A stretch of DNA of 64,000 bases from a virus. Taxonomy: Duplodnaviria; Caudoviricetes. Below the pieces are notes generated by a model. It had not been told where the DNA came from. It saw only the letters and a list, made by a program, of their open reading frames with translations, and searched no databases. A program made the translations under genes and the position numbers. Where the stretch lies: IMG/VR virus record IMGVR_UViG_3300034170_000057. One strand, written 5' to 3'. Below are positions 63,296-64,000 of this stretch, one piece after another. The stretch's first letter is position 1. Every line of letters starts with the position of its first letter.

Positions 63296-63742
63296 TTATA
63301 ACGCTAGGCCGATAATTGCTAGCGCCTGCCAAAAAATCTTCTCAACTGCCCACCAGCGCTTATCGTTTTGGTGATCGTCAAATTCTTGCAAGTATTTCGT
63401 GTAGTTGTCGTTTGCGCGGCCTTCTTGCTGCTTCGCAATATCCACCATCAAATTGTACTGGTCAATTGTCTGGTTATGCGCCGTAGCCAAAAGATTCAGC
63501 CCGTCCGTATTTTTCTTGGATTGTTTTGCATAGTCGCTCAACTGATCCAATTGCGTCAGCGTGAAGCCCGCGTACTCAACTCCGTTGGCTTGAATCGACA
63601 GCGGCGTCGGCCTTTCGGGTAGTGACGCCTGCAACGTAATTTTGTCCAACTTTTTCAATTGCATGTTCGACTGCGGAGGCTGCGGGGTCTGGAGTGAACA
63701 CGCCTGAAGGGACAGCAATACCACCAGAATTAACCATTTCAT
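63296..63742 (-). CDS. lipoprotein with C-terminal hydrophobic tail (spanin candidate)
   Basis: AGGA SD; MKWLILVVLLSLQAC lipobox; helical middle; IFWQALAIIGLAL-stop. Confidence 0.6.
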   Translation of the reverse strand: MKWLILVVLLSLQACSLQTPQPPQSNMQLKKLDKITLQASLPERPTPLSIQANGVEYAGFTLTQLDQLSDYAKQSKKNTDGLNLLATAHNQTIDQYNLMVDIAKQQEGRANDNYTKYLQEFDDHQNDKRWWAVEKIFWQALAIIGLAL

Positions 63743-63998
63743 TTTGCGCGTCCTGTATTTTGGATAGGGCCACACGCACGTCGATAGGAAGCGGCGGTCG
63801 GCCAATCATCGAATCGGCAGCAATACCGATTGCGAAATAAGTCGCTTTGCCTACGCCCGGTTCGATGATAATGGTCGTGATAAATACTGCAATTGCACCA
63901 GCAAAAACCAGAACAGTACCCTTCAAATCGTCAAGCCAGTAAGAACTGAGCTTGATCCCTTCTTTTTTGCATTTCCAAATCCAGTTAACAATCACACC
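63576..63998 (-). CDS. holin-like membrane protein (N-terminus probably outside window)
   Basis: frame open to window edge; hydrophobic segments and YFAIGIAADSMIG. Confidence 0.45.
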   Translation of the reverse strand, partial: GVIVNWIWKCKKEGIKLSSYWLDDLKGTVLVFAGAIAVFITTIIIEPGVGKATYFAIGIAADSMIGRPPLPIDVRVALSKIQDAQNEMVNSGGIAVPSGVFTPDPAASAVEHAIEKVGQNYVAGVTTRKADAAVDSSQRS

Positions 63999-64000
63999 CG

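Noticed and set aside
1-64000. CRISPR array, integrase, transposase, rRNA
   Set aside because: I saw no regularly spaced repeats and no catalytic motifs for these on manual reading

Overview
This window looks like part of a large lytic (jumbo-type) phage genome, about 50% GC. Bases 1-62306 hold roughly 125 tightly packed, often start/stop-overlapping + strand genes, mostly small accessory or hypothetical proteins. A bidirectional terminator (62320-62364) separates them from a - strand lysis-like block: holin-like gene, lipoprotein with a C-terminal hydrophobic tail, M15-type peptidase, small P-loop protein. I found no tRNA, rRNA, CRISPR array, integrase or transposase. Recognisable products: LemA-like + TPM-like membrane pair, RlaP/NrdC.11-type nucleotidyltransferase, two GNAT-like proteins, a 2OG-Fe(II) oxygenase, three Nudix-fold hydrolases, NADAR, an HD hydrolase, a DUF1190-like lipoprotein + Gsp-synthetase-like ATP-grasp ligase, and DUF4326. 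The most striking locus is 46327-48056. There a phage-family protein carries a C-terminal IF2 N-domain resembling Pseudomonas IF2, and the overlapping next gene is an AmrZ-like regulator; together they point to a Pseudomonas host (inference). Non-coding signals include a 10-mer ACTGTAAATA seen 6 times (T4-late-promoter-like), a duplicated sigma70-type promoter/leader cassette with a covarying hairpin, and a repeated AGGGACAATGAAA start leader. All family calls come from motif recognition and recalled sequences; no database search was run. Several starts were moved from the ORF track to the ATG/GTG/TTG best supported by a Shine-Dalgarno site or a stop/start overlap.
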